From Octopus vulgaris (taxonomy: Eukaryota), in NCBI GenBank assembly GCA_951406725.2, contig OX597823.1, positions 83,142,001 to 83,206,000 of the forward strand: a DNA stretch of 64,000 nucleotides, in the 5' to 3' direction. The translations under genes and the position numbers were made by a program. Positions 10,389 to 23,934 of the stretch are shown here, piece by piece; positions within the stretch are counted from its first letter, which is position 1, and each line of letters begins with the position of its first letter. Under the pieces are notes generated by a model. That model had not been told where the DNA came from. It was given only the letters and a program-made list of their open reading frames with translations, and searched no databases.

Positions 10389-13030
10389 TGTATTATGTAT
10401 ATATGTGTTGTGGAAGGATCTTGAACGGCCCACCCAGCCCACCCACCCACCAGTGGCAGCGTTGATTGTTCGTATTGGTTTACTGTGTTAGTTTAATATC
10501 GTATCTACGTTTGGCGTGGTACTGAACACGTTGTGTGTAAACAAATAATTCTGTGAAAGGTTATTGTAGATAACCATATCCAAGCATTTATTTAGGTAAT
10601 GATATTCCTATATCCTTGTGCACACCCCAACGTCGTCTTGACATTATTGGCGATGAGATATTCAAACCCCCGAAGACATAACCATTAGCGACGAGGATAT
10701 TCGAGCCTAAGCTAAATATATTGTTATTTGGAACATGGATATATTTTTAAATCTCTCTGAGTGATTTATGCAGTAACAACACGATAAAGTAATGGTATGT
10801 TGTTAACTTTATGGGACTGTCACATTAAATTCACAACATGTGATCGCTTTAACACCATATATATTTAAATGTTTCATTTTCGTGCAAGGTTTAACGGCAA
10901 AGAAAGAGGCAGAAATTCATCACCGAATTCTGACAAAATTAGAACAGAATCAGAAGCTAACTCTATAAAAGATATCTGAGGAATGCCAGAGTATAAAAAA
11001 CCTGAGGCTTGATACGGAGCAAATGAGAAACTGCTCTCATATACATCCGGGTCGACCGAAAGTAAGAAATGAAAAGCAGAAAATTAATTCACATATACAA
11101 TCAGTAACAACCGAAAGTAAGTCATGAAAGGCAGAAAATTAACCCATGTTTTAGATGTGAATAACTACACAACAGATTCAACTATCCTTATAAAAGTTGA
11201 GAAATCTTCAAGTGTGGTAACATAGGTCATAAAAGATAACAGTAAAACAAAACCTAAAAAGCGGTTCAACAGAAAAACTCATGTAAACCGTTTGTCGGTG
11301 ACAAGAAATACGAACGAGGCTCAAAGGAATTTTGTGTAAGTAAAAATTAGTTATACAAAAGTAAAATTACAGTGAAAGAGAGGTAGTGACATTAATTTAA
11401 TTAATGGAAACACATGGCAAAAAATCGAGAAACTTACACTACAGAAAACATCGAAAATTGCCCGTGGTGTCTCGGGGATTAAATTAACTTTTAAAGACGA
11501 AACTATTTGTAACGTTATATTTCGCAGTAAGACTATAAAAGCGAAAGCATATGTATTAAAAAATCCAAGCAACCTTTTTTAACTGACTGGATGTAACTGT
11601 TCGACTTTTGGGATTCATTCATAAATTATTTTTGTAAAAATGAAATGGGGTCGTGTGCCAGTTCAAATACAATCAGAAAAGTTTTTAAAAGAAGTGCAGA
11701 GGTTGTTCCCTGATGTTTTCTAGGACGTGTTAGGTCGGTGCAATAAATTCAATGCCAAATTTCTGGTGAAAGAAAATGCATTACCAATTTTCAATCCCAA
11801 ACGTAATGTTCCGTTTGCAGCACTGAAACAGGTAAATAAATAATTAGACAGATTGGGAAAAAATGAGTGATTGAAAAGATCGGTTACTCAGATTGAGCGA
11901 GTCCAAGTTTGTACGTTAAAAAGAACAATAAAATACGTGCTTACGCAGACGGGGCTAAACGACTTTAAAACAATATGACTATCCATTACCTAGCTCAGAG
12001 CAAATTTTCGCGAAACTAAATGGTGGCAAATTGCTCTCAAAATTAAATCTGTCTGGTACCTACTTACAGATACAATCCAAGACAAACGTTCTGAGCTTCT
12101 CACAATCAATACAGATGAAGGTCTGTGCAAGTTTAAGCGACTTCTGTTTGGCATAAAAGTTGCTCTGGCTATATTTCAACAAGTGATGGATACGATGCTT
12201 TCAGGATATGACTCCGCATTGGCCTACCTGAATGATATATTAATTAAAATTGCATCCCGTGATCGGCATGTGGAGCCCGTAAGATATACATTCGAAAAAA
12301 TAAGGGATTACGGCTTCACACTAAGTGAGAAGTGTGAATTTTTCTTATCTAACAGTAAATATTTAGGACAAATCATTGATAAAAATGGTCGTAGACCAGA
12401 TCCGTCGAGGGCAGATACGATTGAAAATATGTCCTCTCCGACAAATATATCTACATCGACAAATATATCTATATCGACAAATATATTTGGGGACTTCCAA
12501 ACTATTATCAAATTTATATATCAAATATGCATAATGTAACGGGTCCACTAAAAACTTTTCTGAAAAAAGATTTAAAATGGAATTGGTCTGAAAATTGTCA
12601 GAAGGCGTTCGACAATTTTTTTTAAAAATTAACATCAGATTTGTCTTTAGCACATTTTGATCCTGCAGTGGAGAATGCAGTAGCTTCAGAGTACGGTATC
12701 GGAGCACTAATGCTACATAAATATAAAGATGGTAACATGAAGACCGTGATTCATGCCGCACGTCTGCTACTACCTGCAGAAAAAAAATGACAGCCAAATT
12801 GAAAAAGAGGCTCTGGCGATTATTTTTAACGTAAAAAAATTTCATAGATTTTTACATGGTAGAAAAGTTTGACTACAGACTGATCACCGTCCTTTATTAT
12901 CTATATATAGGTCGAAGAAAGCAATCCCTACGCATACTGTTAACAAGTTGCAACGCTAGGGTAATATATTACTAAACTATGATTTTCAGATGGAGTTTAT
13001 GCCATCTAAGAAATTAGGACACGCTTCGAA
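10389..13030 (+). mobile_element. Decayed Ty3/Gypsy (Mag-like) LTR retrotransposon: 5' LTR, PBS, gag, protease, RT, RNase H
   Basis: LTR end ACA (10643) plus TGGCGA(T/C)GAG PBS-like motif; FKCFIFVQGL..EAEIHHRILTKLE; CGNIGHK; GSDINLIN; LFGIKVALAIFQQVMDTMLSG...AYLNDIL; QIEKEALAIIF, TDHRPLL; many stops and frameshifts, no integrase or 3' LTR seen. Confidence 0.9.
10722..10825. mobile_element. Fragment of the Penelope-like repeat seen at 37470-37590, nested in the Gypsy leader
   Basis: TTATTTGGAACA...GATTTATGCAGTA.CA..ACGATAAA...ATGTTGT.AACTT shared. Confidence 0.6.
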
Positions 13031-14841
13031 AAATATTGAACCTTTTGCTGTGAGGAGTGAAAAATTAAACGTTTCCGATTGTGTACTTCTTCAAGGAAAG
13101 GTTGAAAAATTAGAAATAAGTGAGTGACGTAGAATTTTACGTCCTCTAATTTGCAGTCAGTTTTTTTTTCTTTAATTACAGTTCACTATACACTTTTTAT
13201 CGATGTTACTACAAATTAATAGTTCCATATGAGACAGGCCAGCAAGGGACCAAGTGTCAACGTGACAATTTATATGGCCATTAGCTCAACTAGAAATAGA
13301 ACTTAAATCTCCCTATGATTACAAATTACTGTCTTAAAATCGTAAGACATGTTGACTATCTTAGTTGTTTTTTGTTTGTTTTTTTTAAATAGGCATACGC
13401 TAACAAGATTGATCTAGGCTCAAAGAGATGCAGCAGCTGCCATCATCACCATTGCTACCTGAAACGACAGTCAACGGGTTTTAAGATTATAAATATTTAT
13501 CATTTAAGTTTTCAACATACCAAATATATATGTGTATTCATGTTACACAGGAAACGTAGATGTCCTTGTCATTTCTAACTGCATTTTAAACTGAATAAAT
13601 CTACTTTCGTCTAATAGATTTTTTGTTTTCTTGCAAGCACAAAATATACAATTGATAACTTACTTAGACGGCTTCCCAGCATTTTCAATATCTTGGTAAT
13701 TTATTTCATATCTTCGTGGTTGCGTCTTCTATATTGATCCAAAAATTCCATTGAAAAATGATTTTATTTCCCCTTTTCAAAATTATTCTCTCTCTTTTAG
13801 TTTCTAGTCTGAGAAAAAATGGAGTTAGGGAGAAAGAAGAATAAAATCTCGTATCAGAATCTCTAAGAACGTACTCAAAAGTTTATCGTAAAGCTATAAA
13901 ATACTTAAAATTGCAAATCGAGTAATATTTTGTATGGCTGCTGTCTCAAAAAAATACAAAATGTAAATGTTTTAAGAAACCAATTCAATAGATACGAGAG
14001 ACAAAGAATAACAATAAAAGAACAGTTAAGTCGATAGAAAATAATCTAGAATCAAATATACTTTTCTTTTGAGGATGGTAAAGGAATTAGTGAATAACCA
14101 GATAAAGATAAAAAAGAAGCTTTATGCTTAAACTCGTCATAAAAATTACTGGCCAACTACGCAATTCTATAAAGAAAAATGGAGGAGTTCAAAAAGTGAA
14201 TGTCATCTATGTTATTGAACAACTGAGGTGGATTCGGGTACATATAATTGATTAGTGTGTAACGTCTATATGCATGGTTGTCAGCTCGATGCGTGCATCT
14301 GATTGCGTTCTTACTTTCTATCCTTGTTTTCATTTTTGTATTGGCTGTGAGTGACTGAATGATTGAGAGGGTGGGCAGGTGGATGAGAGAGAGTGATTGA
14401 TAGAGTGAGTGAGCGAATGGGAGGTTGGGGTTGGGTGAACCGTTGGATGAGTGATAAGAGATTGATTGATAGAGTTATTGATAAAGTGAGTGGGTGAGTG
14501 AGCGAGTGGATGAGAGACAGTGATTGGTAGTGTGACTGACAAAGTGAGTGAGTGAGTGAGTGACCTGATGACTGACTGACGGACTGAGTGACTGGTAGCA
14601 TATGCATGTGTTTGTCTTAATGTGTAAATAATGGAATAAAGGACTCGATAGATGAAGGCATTTGCTTGAATACATGCGAACAAGAAACTGTGCTACATCA
14701 GTGGTTGAGACTGTTATATGTTTGTAGTTTGTATGGTTGCCTGCAAGACAGAATGTTCATAATTTCATATATACATACATAAATATATAAATACACACAC
14801 ACATACACACACACATACATGCACACACGCAGCTAGCTAGC

Positions 14842-14932
<91 letters not shown>

Positions 14933-14933
<1 letters not shown>

Positions 14934-15150
14934 CGAAAGGATGCTGAAAAGTTCCTGGCTTTGAGAGTATCGCAAAAGGTCTGGTGGTGGCCCAAACTTC
15001 AGAGTTCTTTTACAAGACTTAGAAAAACTGAAGGACTGCTGCAATAAGTGTGTGAATCTGAGATGGGAATATGTTGAATAAAATCAATTAAACTGATTAT
15101 CCTGTATTTTCTTTCACCCAAACCCAGGAACACTTCAGCACCCTCACGTA
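14933..15150 (+). mobile_element. Mariner-derived MITE
   Basis: TIRs GATGCTGAAAAGTTCCTGG / CCAGGAACACTTCAGCACC; retains transposase C-terminus CNKCVNLRWEYVE*; second copy at 43953-44171. Confidence 0.8.
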
Positions 15151-15531
15151 TATGTCTGTTTTTTTATGTTATAATAAAAAGAATTTTACATTAAATAGAA
15201 AGTTTATTAAATACATTTGGTAGAGTATATATTTATTTTTCTTTTACGAGAATAATATTGTTAGTGATTTCGATGTTTGGGCGAACTAATACGCTGACCA
15301 ACAATATTTAAGCCTACCTACATATTCTCGAGAGTATTAAAACATTTAATTATTAGATTTTTCATACTAATATCACTGTGACATGCTTAAGTGGAAACAA
15401 ACAGCCTCCCAATATGAAGAGGGAGGAAACCATAAAGAATACCAATCTGCCGGGCAATTAAACTTTAACACATACTTACGTTTTTTTGTGAACCTTTAAA
15501 TACTTATCCCCTAAATGCTGACATACCAAGT

Positions 15532-15916
15532 GGGGGAAGCACTCCGTCGGTTACGACGACGAGGGTTCTGGTTGATCCGATCAACGGAACAGCCTGCTCG
15601 TGAAATTAACGTGCAAGTGGCTGAGCACTCCACAGACACGTGTACCCTTAACGTAGTTCTCGGGGATATTCAGCGTGACACAGGGAGTGACAAGGCCGGC
15701 CCTTTGAAATACAGGTACAACAGAAACAGGAAGTAAGAGTGAGAGAAAGTTGTGGTGAAAGAGTACAGCAGGGATCACCACCATCTCTGCCGGAGCCTCG
15801 TGGAGCTTTAGGTGTTTTCGCTCAATAAACACTCACAACGCCCGGTCTGGGAATCGAAACCGCGATCCTACGACCGCGAGTCCGCTGCCCTAACCACTGG
15901 GCCATTGCGCCTCCAC
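15532..15916 (-). mobile_element. Young full-length tRNA-headed SINE (tail type iii) with TSD
   Basis: Head TGGCCCAGTGGTTAGG...GTTTCGATTCCC; TSD CT(G/A)ACATACCAAGT at 15518-15531 and 15916-15929. Confidence 0.85.
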
Positions 15917-16288
15917 TAACATACCAAGTAACACCAAAATACAAAGATAGTTTACTGGGCTGATCTCTAAGATTTAACCTTCATAATCTCAAAACAGTTC
16001 CATTAATATCTGAACAAAACTAACAACCAAACGAAGAGCCAGATCTGCTGTCCAATAACCTAACTACATTCTTTTTGAACACCTATAACCTGAAGATGAC
16101 ACACGTAAAAATACACACCCAATTACAAACTTCTACATGCATGAATAACTTCTAACAATTCGCACTTCTCTAAATTTGATCAATAAAAATTGTCCATACC
16201 ATATGGTCACCAAAACCCACCATGCAGTCTTATTACTATTCAAGAGAACTTAGCTCACCATAGAAAATATTTAACTAAATATAGACTA

Positions 16289-16579
16289 CCGGGTGTCCAC
16301 AAAGTCTGGGTACATGGACTAAATAAAATCATAACAATTAAATATAAGAAATAATAATTTCTTTAAGTATGTGTTAATCCCCATGTGGGTACATGGAGCA
16401 AATAAAATCATAACATAAACAATTAAATATAAGAAATAATAATTTCTTAAAGTATGTGTTAATCCCCATGTGGGTACATGGAGTAAATATAATCATAACA
16501 TAAACAATTAAATATAAGAAATAATAATTTCTTAAAGTATGTGTTAATTCCCATGTACCCAGACTTTGTGGACACCCTG
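16289..16579. mobile_element. Tc1/mariner-type MITE with internal 3x tandem repeat
   Basis: ~29-bp TIR C(C/A)GGGTGTCCACAAAGTCTGGGTACATGG, TA on both sides; internal units start at 16307, 16386 and 16471. Confidence 0.9.
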
Positions 16580-17121
16580 TATATAAAGCTAAGATAATCT
16601 TATATGAATTACAGTCTGACTTTGGCTTAGCTGGCCGAAACTTCGAATACTATTTCAATACTATTCTTGTCTGTCTGTTTTGTTTTATCACCCCACACAA
16701 AGAGGTTACTGGTGTTCTTGGAGAGGAAAATGTGTTCTTTAAAATCACGTTGGAAACAGTTTGTATGAAACTGTTCAGCTATTTCGAAAGATTGTACATC
16801 CTTGTTGCACGCAGTATTTTTCAGATAATTAAAACCGATGTGATGATCTGCTGGAGCGGAAGAATCGATCATAGCTTTATCAAGAAAATATACTTTCCAT
16901 TTCATGCATTTTAGCTACCTTTTCAAATTTTTCGATGAGATTTTTCGTATAGATTTTTTGGGGGAGGTAAATCAGTACTCTTCAAAGATTTAGCATTTGG
17001 ATACATCGTTTTAATGCCCACATTTTTATGCTTGCATAGATCAGACAAAATTCATTAACGTATATTTTCTGTGTGCAGTTACCTTTCCAAGCAAAATAAT
17101 ATCTCACCATTGCTGGATTTA

Positions 17122-17183
<62 letters not shown>

Positions 17184-17276
17184 CATATACATACATACAT
17201 ACATACATACATACATACATACATACATACATACATACATACATACATACATACATACATACATACATACATACAT

Positions 17277-17823
17277 GGTGGCTGCCCCCTCGTTATCGAG
17301 TATGACTACTGCACGAAGTTTAACCAATGTTGTTATCGAGCAATGCCTGTGCAAGAAGATTTTTTTAAAGTGAGGAAAGGCTGTGCACTGAGTGAATCCC
17401 ACTCACTAAGCAACAGCAGCCATAATCTGAAAAGAAGAAGTCAACATCATCGGTAACCACTGAGCCGCAGGTTTTACGTCGGAGTTATCCCAGTTACCCG
17501 AGTTACCTTCTCCTAGAAGGATGCCCTAATAAAAGCTAGGAGTCCTTCACTCCCAATGGTTTAACCGCACGATCGAGTGTTCAGTCCGATTATTTCTATG
17601 TCCCTGCGCATGATACAGCCTAAAGGCATTCATTGGATGACTGTTAAATCTCAAGAGTTCCTCCGCCCTTTGACGGGTTTTGTTTTTCATCCCGCAGGGT
17701 GTCCAATAAACACCCTCCTCAACAAGCAAGCTTGGTGGGGTTGCCGGTTTAGTCGCCGACGACCCGACCATGCAACAGGTTGTACTGGGTTACATGTTAC
17801 CAGTAGCAATTGAAAGTGACCTG
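17277..17823 (+). mobile_element. Probable RTE-clade 5' UTR-derived non-autonomous element within (TACA)n
   Basis: GC-richer non-coding block flanked by (TACA)n; start GGCTGCCCCCTCGTTATCGAGTATGAC and internal GAGTTACCTTCTCCTAGA recall RTE 5' UTRs (recognition only). Confidence 0.5.
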
Positions 17824-17862
17824 ACATACATACATACATACATACATACATACATACATACA

Positions 17863-17896
<34 letters not shown>

Positions 17897-18977
17897 GATA
17901 GGTAGGTAGATAAAGTATGTTTATATATACATATATATATATATATTATTTATATATACATATGTATGTTCATACATATACTTTTATACGTATTTAAACG
18001 TGAGGTTTGTGTGTCTGCATGCGTCCGTTTTTAATGACACTGATTAAGAATATCGATATTATGTTTAAGGGGAAAATTCAATACAAACACTCTCACAAAT
18101 ACGTAATATAGTGATTTGAAGCAATTTAATTGGATGAATCTCAGTTAAACGAGGTTTTATGTATCCCTATATCACATGAATTAATTAAAATACATACCTA
18201 CATATGCAGAAGGAAGGACGGAATTTTAAAAAACCATGCAGTATCGCTTTAGAGCGTATATAATTCTGACATAAATGCTGAGTAGTTAGAGTAAATAAGG
18301 GATTAAGAAATAATCTCTAATCCTTTATTTACACTAATTTCTCTGCAATTATGTCTGATTTATAAATTACGTAGTTTCTAAATTATCGCGTGTGTAATGA
18401 ACATAGATAGTATTATGAGGGGAGATGTTCTCCGATGACGAAACGCAACATCTATATGTATATCTCGTTCGAATATGCCAGAGTGTATTGAGAATGAAAA
18501 GATATGTTAAGGTAATGTACAATTTGATGAGATCTTCAAGAAATTAATAAACATTAACTGCTCCGTTGTTTCTAAATTATTTAGAACTTAAATTCATATT
18601 ACTTAGTTCAATGTTGCTACTGATGTGGTGTTGCTCTTGTTATTGTTGTTGTTGCTGCTGCTGTTGTTTACCCCAGAATTCCCTGACCGGAAATCTTCAA
18701 TCCAGCCCACTAATTCTTTACTTCAAACATAGTATATTCAGGAATACACTATACAATATATCACTTATTTTAGAAGAGAGTAATTATCATTCCATCGGTC
18801 TCTTTCAGAAACAAACCAATACCGGTGGTCAAGCGGTGGGGTGGGGTGGAGTCAAACACAAGCACAAATACACACACATACACAAATCCAAACACACACA
18901 CATGCGCAAATGTAAACACACACGCACATACACACCACAGACACACAGACAAACACACACACTAACATATATATATA

Positions 18978-19390
18978 TCTTTGTTGCCCACAGGGGACTA
19001 AACACAGAGAGGACAAACAAGGACAGACAAACGGATTAAGTCGATTATATCGACCCCAGTGCGTAACTGGTACTTATTTAATCGATCTCGAAAGGATGAA
19101 AGGCAAAGTCGACCTCGGTGGAATATGAACTCAGAACGTAGCGGCAGACGAAATACATATTTCTTTACTACCCACATGGAGCTAAACACAGAGGGGACGA
19201 ACAAAGACAGACAAACGCATTAAGTCGATTACATCGACCCCCAGTGCGTAACTGGTACTTAATTTATCGACCCCGAAAGTATGAAAGGCAAAGTCGACCT
19301 CGGCGGAATTTGAACTCACAACGTAACGGCAGACGAAATACCGCTAAGCATTTCGTCCGGCGTGCTAACGATTCTGCCAACTCGCCACCA
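18978..19390 (-). mobile_element. Dimeric young group C SINE
   Basis: Two ~185-bp units CCCAC..GGG.CTAAACACAGAG.GGAC.AACAA.GACAGACAAACG...GGCAGACGAAATAC in tandem; only the right unit keeps the head. Confidence 0.85.
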
Positions 19391-19639
19391 TTACACACTA
19401 ACATATATATTTTAGCTGCTTCACTTTCTCAGTATGGGTTTTTATTCGTATTCATAACAACTCAAGTTGCTAGCAGTTAGCTATAAAAAAGATATTCTTC
19501 AGCTTATCGAACTCCCACATGAGAAAGGCCGGCAACCTTCGACGCCAATAAAATATCATTGTTCCGGAAGGCTGTTTTATATACATACCACAGACTGGTT
19601 GACGCTTACAAACTTCCTTAGATCCTTGGATCATATAGT

Positions 19640-19687
<48 letters not shown>

Positions 19688-19765
19688 TGTGTATGTGTGT
19701 GTGTGTGTGACGGGCTTCTTTCAGTTCCTTTTAACCACATCCACTCATAAACAGTAGGTTGGCCC

Positions 19766-20074
19766 GGGGCGCATAGCTCGGTAGGTAGAGCGTTGAACTT
19801 ACGACCGTGAGGTTGTGAGTTCGAATCCCGGACCCGGCTGCGTGTTGTGTTCTTGAGCAAGACACTTTATTTCACGTTGCTCCAGTTCACTCAGCTGTAG
19901 AAATGAGTTGCTACGTCATTGGTGCCAAGCCGTATCGGCTTTTGCCTTTCCCTTCGATAACATCGGTAGCGTGGAGGGGGAGGCTGCTATGCATGGGCGA
20001 CTGCTGGTCTTTCATAAACAACCTTACCCGGACCTGTGCAATACCATGGTCATTCGTGACCAAAGGGGGTCTCC
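19766..20074 (+). mobile_element. Group A SINE (tail type ii) inserted into a minus-strand group B SINE
   Basis: A box TAGCTCGGTAGG, B box GTTCGAATCC, CORE-like TGTTCTTGAGCAAGACACTT; imperfect TSD GG(C/T)CCGGG; host SINE halves at 19705-19765 and 20075-20175. Confidence 0.85.
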
Positions 20075-20799
20075 GGTCCGGGACTATAGTAGAAAACATT
20101 GGCTCCGGTGTGCCGCACGGTGGGACAAAAAACGAAGTGGTTGGGAAGCGTACTCCTTATCTCACAGCCACGTCGGGGCCAAAAACTGTTTAAGAGGGAT
20201 GACAAGCTATTTGAGATTGCTTAGGTAAAAGTGCCACTAATTCAATCACGCTCCGAGGAGCGTGATTGAATTATATATTGAGACCGTCTTAAATCTAACA
20301 TATTTTATATTGCTGATTAAGTTCATTTTATTTCTTTTTGAAATGCAAGCCTTGACACTTTAGTAAATAATGTGTTATATTTAAAGAAGTCAGCAAGTTT
20401 AAAATGCGTGCAAAAATCTGTTCCATAATTTGAGTTGAACCATATGTTAGATAAGTCGATAAGTAGGCTAGCATTTCACAATACCCACGAGTTAAAGATA
20501 CGTTTCTGGTTATTCTCGCTACTACTGAATCTGCATAATCAATGCGTTTATCTTATTAACTAATATTGAAACTATTGATATAGATCAAATACTGCAATGG
20601 AAAAAGAGGAACAAAAAGACTACAAAACGAAATAATGTAAATTAAAAAGAAAATGACGAAGTAGAAACAGAATATTCGAGACAAAATCGACAACGTTTAT
20701 AATTTTTCGGGAAGGAAAAGATTTCATCTGGAAATTTCACTTTCATTTTAAGTTAATGAATTCAGATACTTCGACAGTGATATCCGCCATTTTATTTTA

Positions 20800-21140
<341 letters not shown>

Positions 21141-21343
21141 TTTATGTGTCTGTGTGTGTACGTATGCATTACGAAAAGAGAGGGAGAAACACTGAGAGAA
21201 AAATAAAGAACAGATGAAAGAAATCCAGTTATAAACAACTGACAAATTATCGATTATTGATTATCTTCTTTGAAGTTCGAACACTAAACACCAATTACAA
21301 GGGGTACTTCTCTCGCTCACCCACTCTTATTCTCACTCTCTTT

Positions 21344-21414
<71 letters not shown>

Positions 21415-22879
21415 TCCTCTCAATCATTCACTCTGTCTTTTCGTCTAGCAAACGTGTTCTTCAGAATGGAATGGTATGAAATGGTATGAAATGATAAATG
21501 TGGCACCAGGTTACAAATAAATTAGACATTTCCGCATGTAAGATTCTGATCATTCATTAATCTTAGTTGTGTCGAATTTCATGACAAGTCAACCGTAGCA
21601 ACACAAATTCTTCTCAGAAATAGATATTAATGTATTATATTCCTTTTAGTAGTTACCAAAAATATGCTTCTCATTTAACGGTATTTACCACGTGAATAAC
21701 TAAAAAATCATTAGCATTTTTTCATTCTTTGTTTTCTATCTGTTTGGTGACCTTTCATAGTGACAACGTATAATGGATGAGATACAGATATCGGATTACA
21801 AAAGACGATCTCTAAAATATAGGATTGCGTTTTCATTCAACAGGAGCTTATCTCTCGTGGTTTATCGATGTTTGTAGAGAATCAAAGGGATCTACATTGA
21901 CCGGATCATGAAGTCAGATGTGTGGTATCAAGGAAAGAAAGAAAAATCCCTCTCCTACAATCCGGAGCCAGCTACAGTTGCCTTCTCTCCCATGTAACGC
22001 TAGCCCAACATTCGTCACATCGGCGGTTTAATACAAGCTTCGCAACTGGCGAAATGAGCCAATGAGAAAGCTTGGATGCAATTCCTTCATATACTCAAAC
22101 TTCATAACCGTGGCGTCGTAAATAAGGAAAATTGCATAGAGGTAATTAACAAAACAACTAAGATTGTGTGTGCTGATGATTTTTTATTCAATTTACAAAC
22201 TCACTCTTTCTCTCTCTTAATTACTATATATATATATATCTTTCTTTCTTACTGTATCTCTCTTTCTCTCTCTTTCTATCTCTCTCAATTTCTACATCTC
22301 TCCCTTTCTATCGCACGTTCTCTTTCTCTCACACGTTCTATTTCTCTCGCTCTCTCTTCCTATCTCTCCCACTTTCTATCTTTCTCTCTTCCTCATTCTC
22401 TCTCTATCTCTTCTCTATCTCTCTCTATCTATCTCTCTATTCCCTCTCTATCTCTTTCTCATTCTCTCTCACCTTCTATCCCTCTCTCTCTCTCTCTCAT
22501 TTTATCTCACTCACTTTCTCTCTCTCTCCCTTCCCCCCCCTCTCTCATTTTCTCCCTTCGTTCATTTAATGAAGTAAACGTTGCTGATAAACTTGTAATG
22601 ACAGATAAAATTCGTTGAAACTAATTGAATTGTTCGCTTGTCAGTTCAGCTGAGACAACCTTGGTGCTTGGAGAGCATTTGCACTGTTAGAGTCGCCATC
22701 TTTGAGAAGCGTCTATACACAGTTCCTAAGGTAACCTCGGAACTGCAAGCACGCAGCTGTTTGAAACGACATAACGCAACACTGACTTCGGACAGCAAAC
22801 GTCAGTATTTTCTATCCCGTTCCAACCAGGCAGTGCCCTCCCGGTAAAACACAGTTCTTAATCAAAAGTAATATCATAA

Positions 22880-23300
22880 TTGTTTCAGATGTTGGGACAA
22901 GGCCAGCAATTTCAGAAGTGCGGGTAAGTCAATTACATTGACCCTAGTGTACAACTGGTATTTTATCTTATCAACCCTGAAGGATGAAAGGAGAAGTCGA
23001 CCTCGACGGAATTTGAACTCAGAAGGTAAAGTGCCGGAAGAAATGCTGCTAAGCATTTTGTTCAACGCACTTATGATTCTGTACTGCCCTAAACAGATGC
23101 TATGATAATAGTTCTCAGATGTGACAAACTGCTAGAAGCACTATATAATTGATTAGTATTGGTACAAGGCCACATATTAGTGGGGTCGCGGATGGTATAG
23201 TCGATGAAATCGATCTGAGTACTTGATGGATAGATTATTTTATCAATACCAGAAGACTGATCAACAAAGTCAACCGCGACAGGATTTGAACTCTGATCGT
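22880..23300 (-). mobile_element. Two diverged group C SINEs
   Basis: ACAAGGCC...AAGGATGAAAG.A.AAGTCGACCTCG.CGGAATTTGAACTC motifs. Confidence 0.7.
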
Positions 23301-23301
23301 A

Positions 23302-23688
23302 AAGGCGCAGGAGTGGCTGTGTGGTAAGTAGCTTGCTTACCAACCACATGGTTCCGGGTTCATTCCCACTGCGTGGCACCTTGGGCAAGTGTCTTGTGAG
23401 TGGATTTAGTAGACGGAAACTGAAAGAAGCCCGTCGTATATATGTATATATATATATATGTATGTGTGCGTATATGTTTGTGTGTCATTGTTTGTTCCCC
23501 CCATCATCGCTTGACAACCGGTGCTGGTGTGTTTACGTCCCCGTAACTTAACGGTTCGGCAAAAGAGGCCGATAGAATAAATACTAGGCTTACAAAGAAT
23601 AAGTCTTGGGGTCGATTTGCTCAACTAAAGGCGGTGCTCCAGCATGGCCGCAGTCAAATGACTGAAACAAGTAAAAGAGTAAAAGAGT
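23302..23688 (+). mobile_element. Young SINE group B with short internal deletion
   Basis: AGGCGCAGGAGTGGCTGTGTGGTAAGTAGCTTGC...ACTGAAACAAGTAAAAGAGTAAAAGAG. Confidence 0.9.
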
Positions 23689-23934
23689 ATACGTAACTAA
23701 ATACTGAGTGGCAGTTTGGCTGCTACTCTACAGATTTTGTCAATGTACCACCCTAGAATGGTTATGTGAGAAACGATAATGTCCGCTAGCTTGCATTTTG
23801 AGTATTTGATGTTGCAGACGATAAGTAAAGCTGAAAATATAAGACCGCACTCTCGGCTGGATAGTTTTTGCCTTCTTATGTGAAAAATGACTTATATATT
23901 TTCAGTTTATAATCTGGATTAGATTGGATTATCT

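Noticed and set aside
12183-12539. 118-aa RT-like ORF as a functional gene
   Set aside because: Catalytic YLDD is mutated to YLND and surrounded by stops and frameshifts; it is part of the Gypsy relic.
16307-16556. Regularly spaced repeats resembling a CRISPR array
   Set aside because: The intervening sequences are near-identical rather than unique spacers, there are no cas genes, and the context is a eukaryotic MITE.
18423-18453. AGATGTT-..CCGATGAC-GAAACGC-AACATCT possible hammerhead relic
   Set aside because: Stem II is absent and the cleavage triplet is missing; too decayed to call.
19766-19840. tRNA-like sequence with A and B boxes
   Set aside because: No proper acceptor stem, and it runs directly into the SINE core, so it is a SINE head and not a tRNA gene.
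21432-21472. Minus-strand CTGAAGA...GAAA
   Set aside because: The intervening sequence does not pair and there is no valid stem III.
23089-23388. Recurrent peptide PKVPRSGTEPGTMWLVSKLL in several ORFs
   Set aside because: Antisense translation of the group B SINE head; the recurrence reflects SINE copy number.
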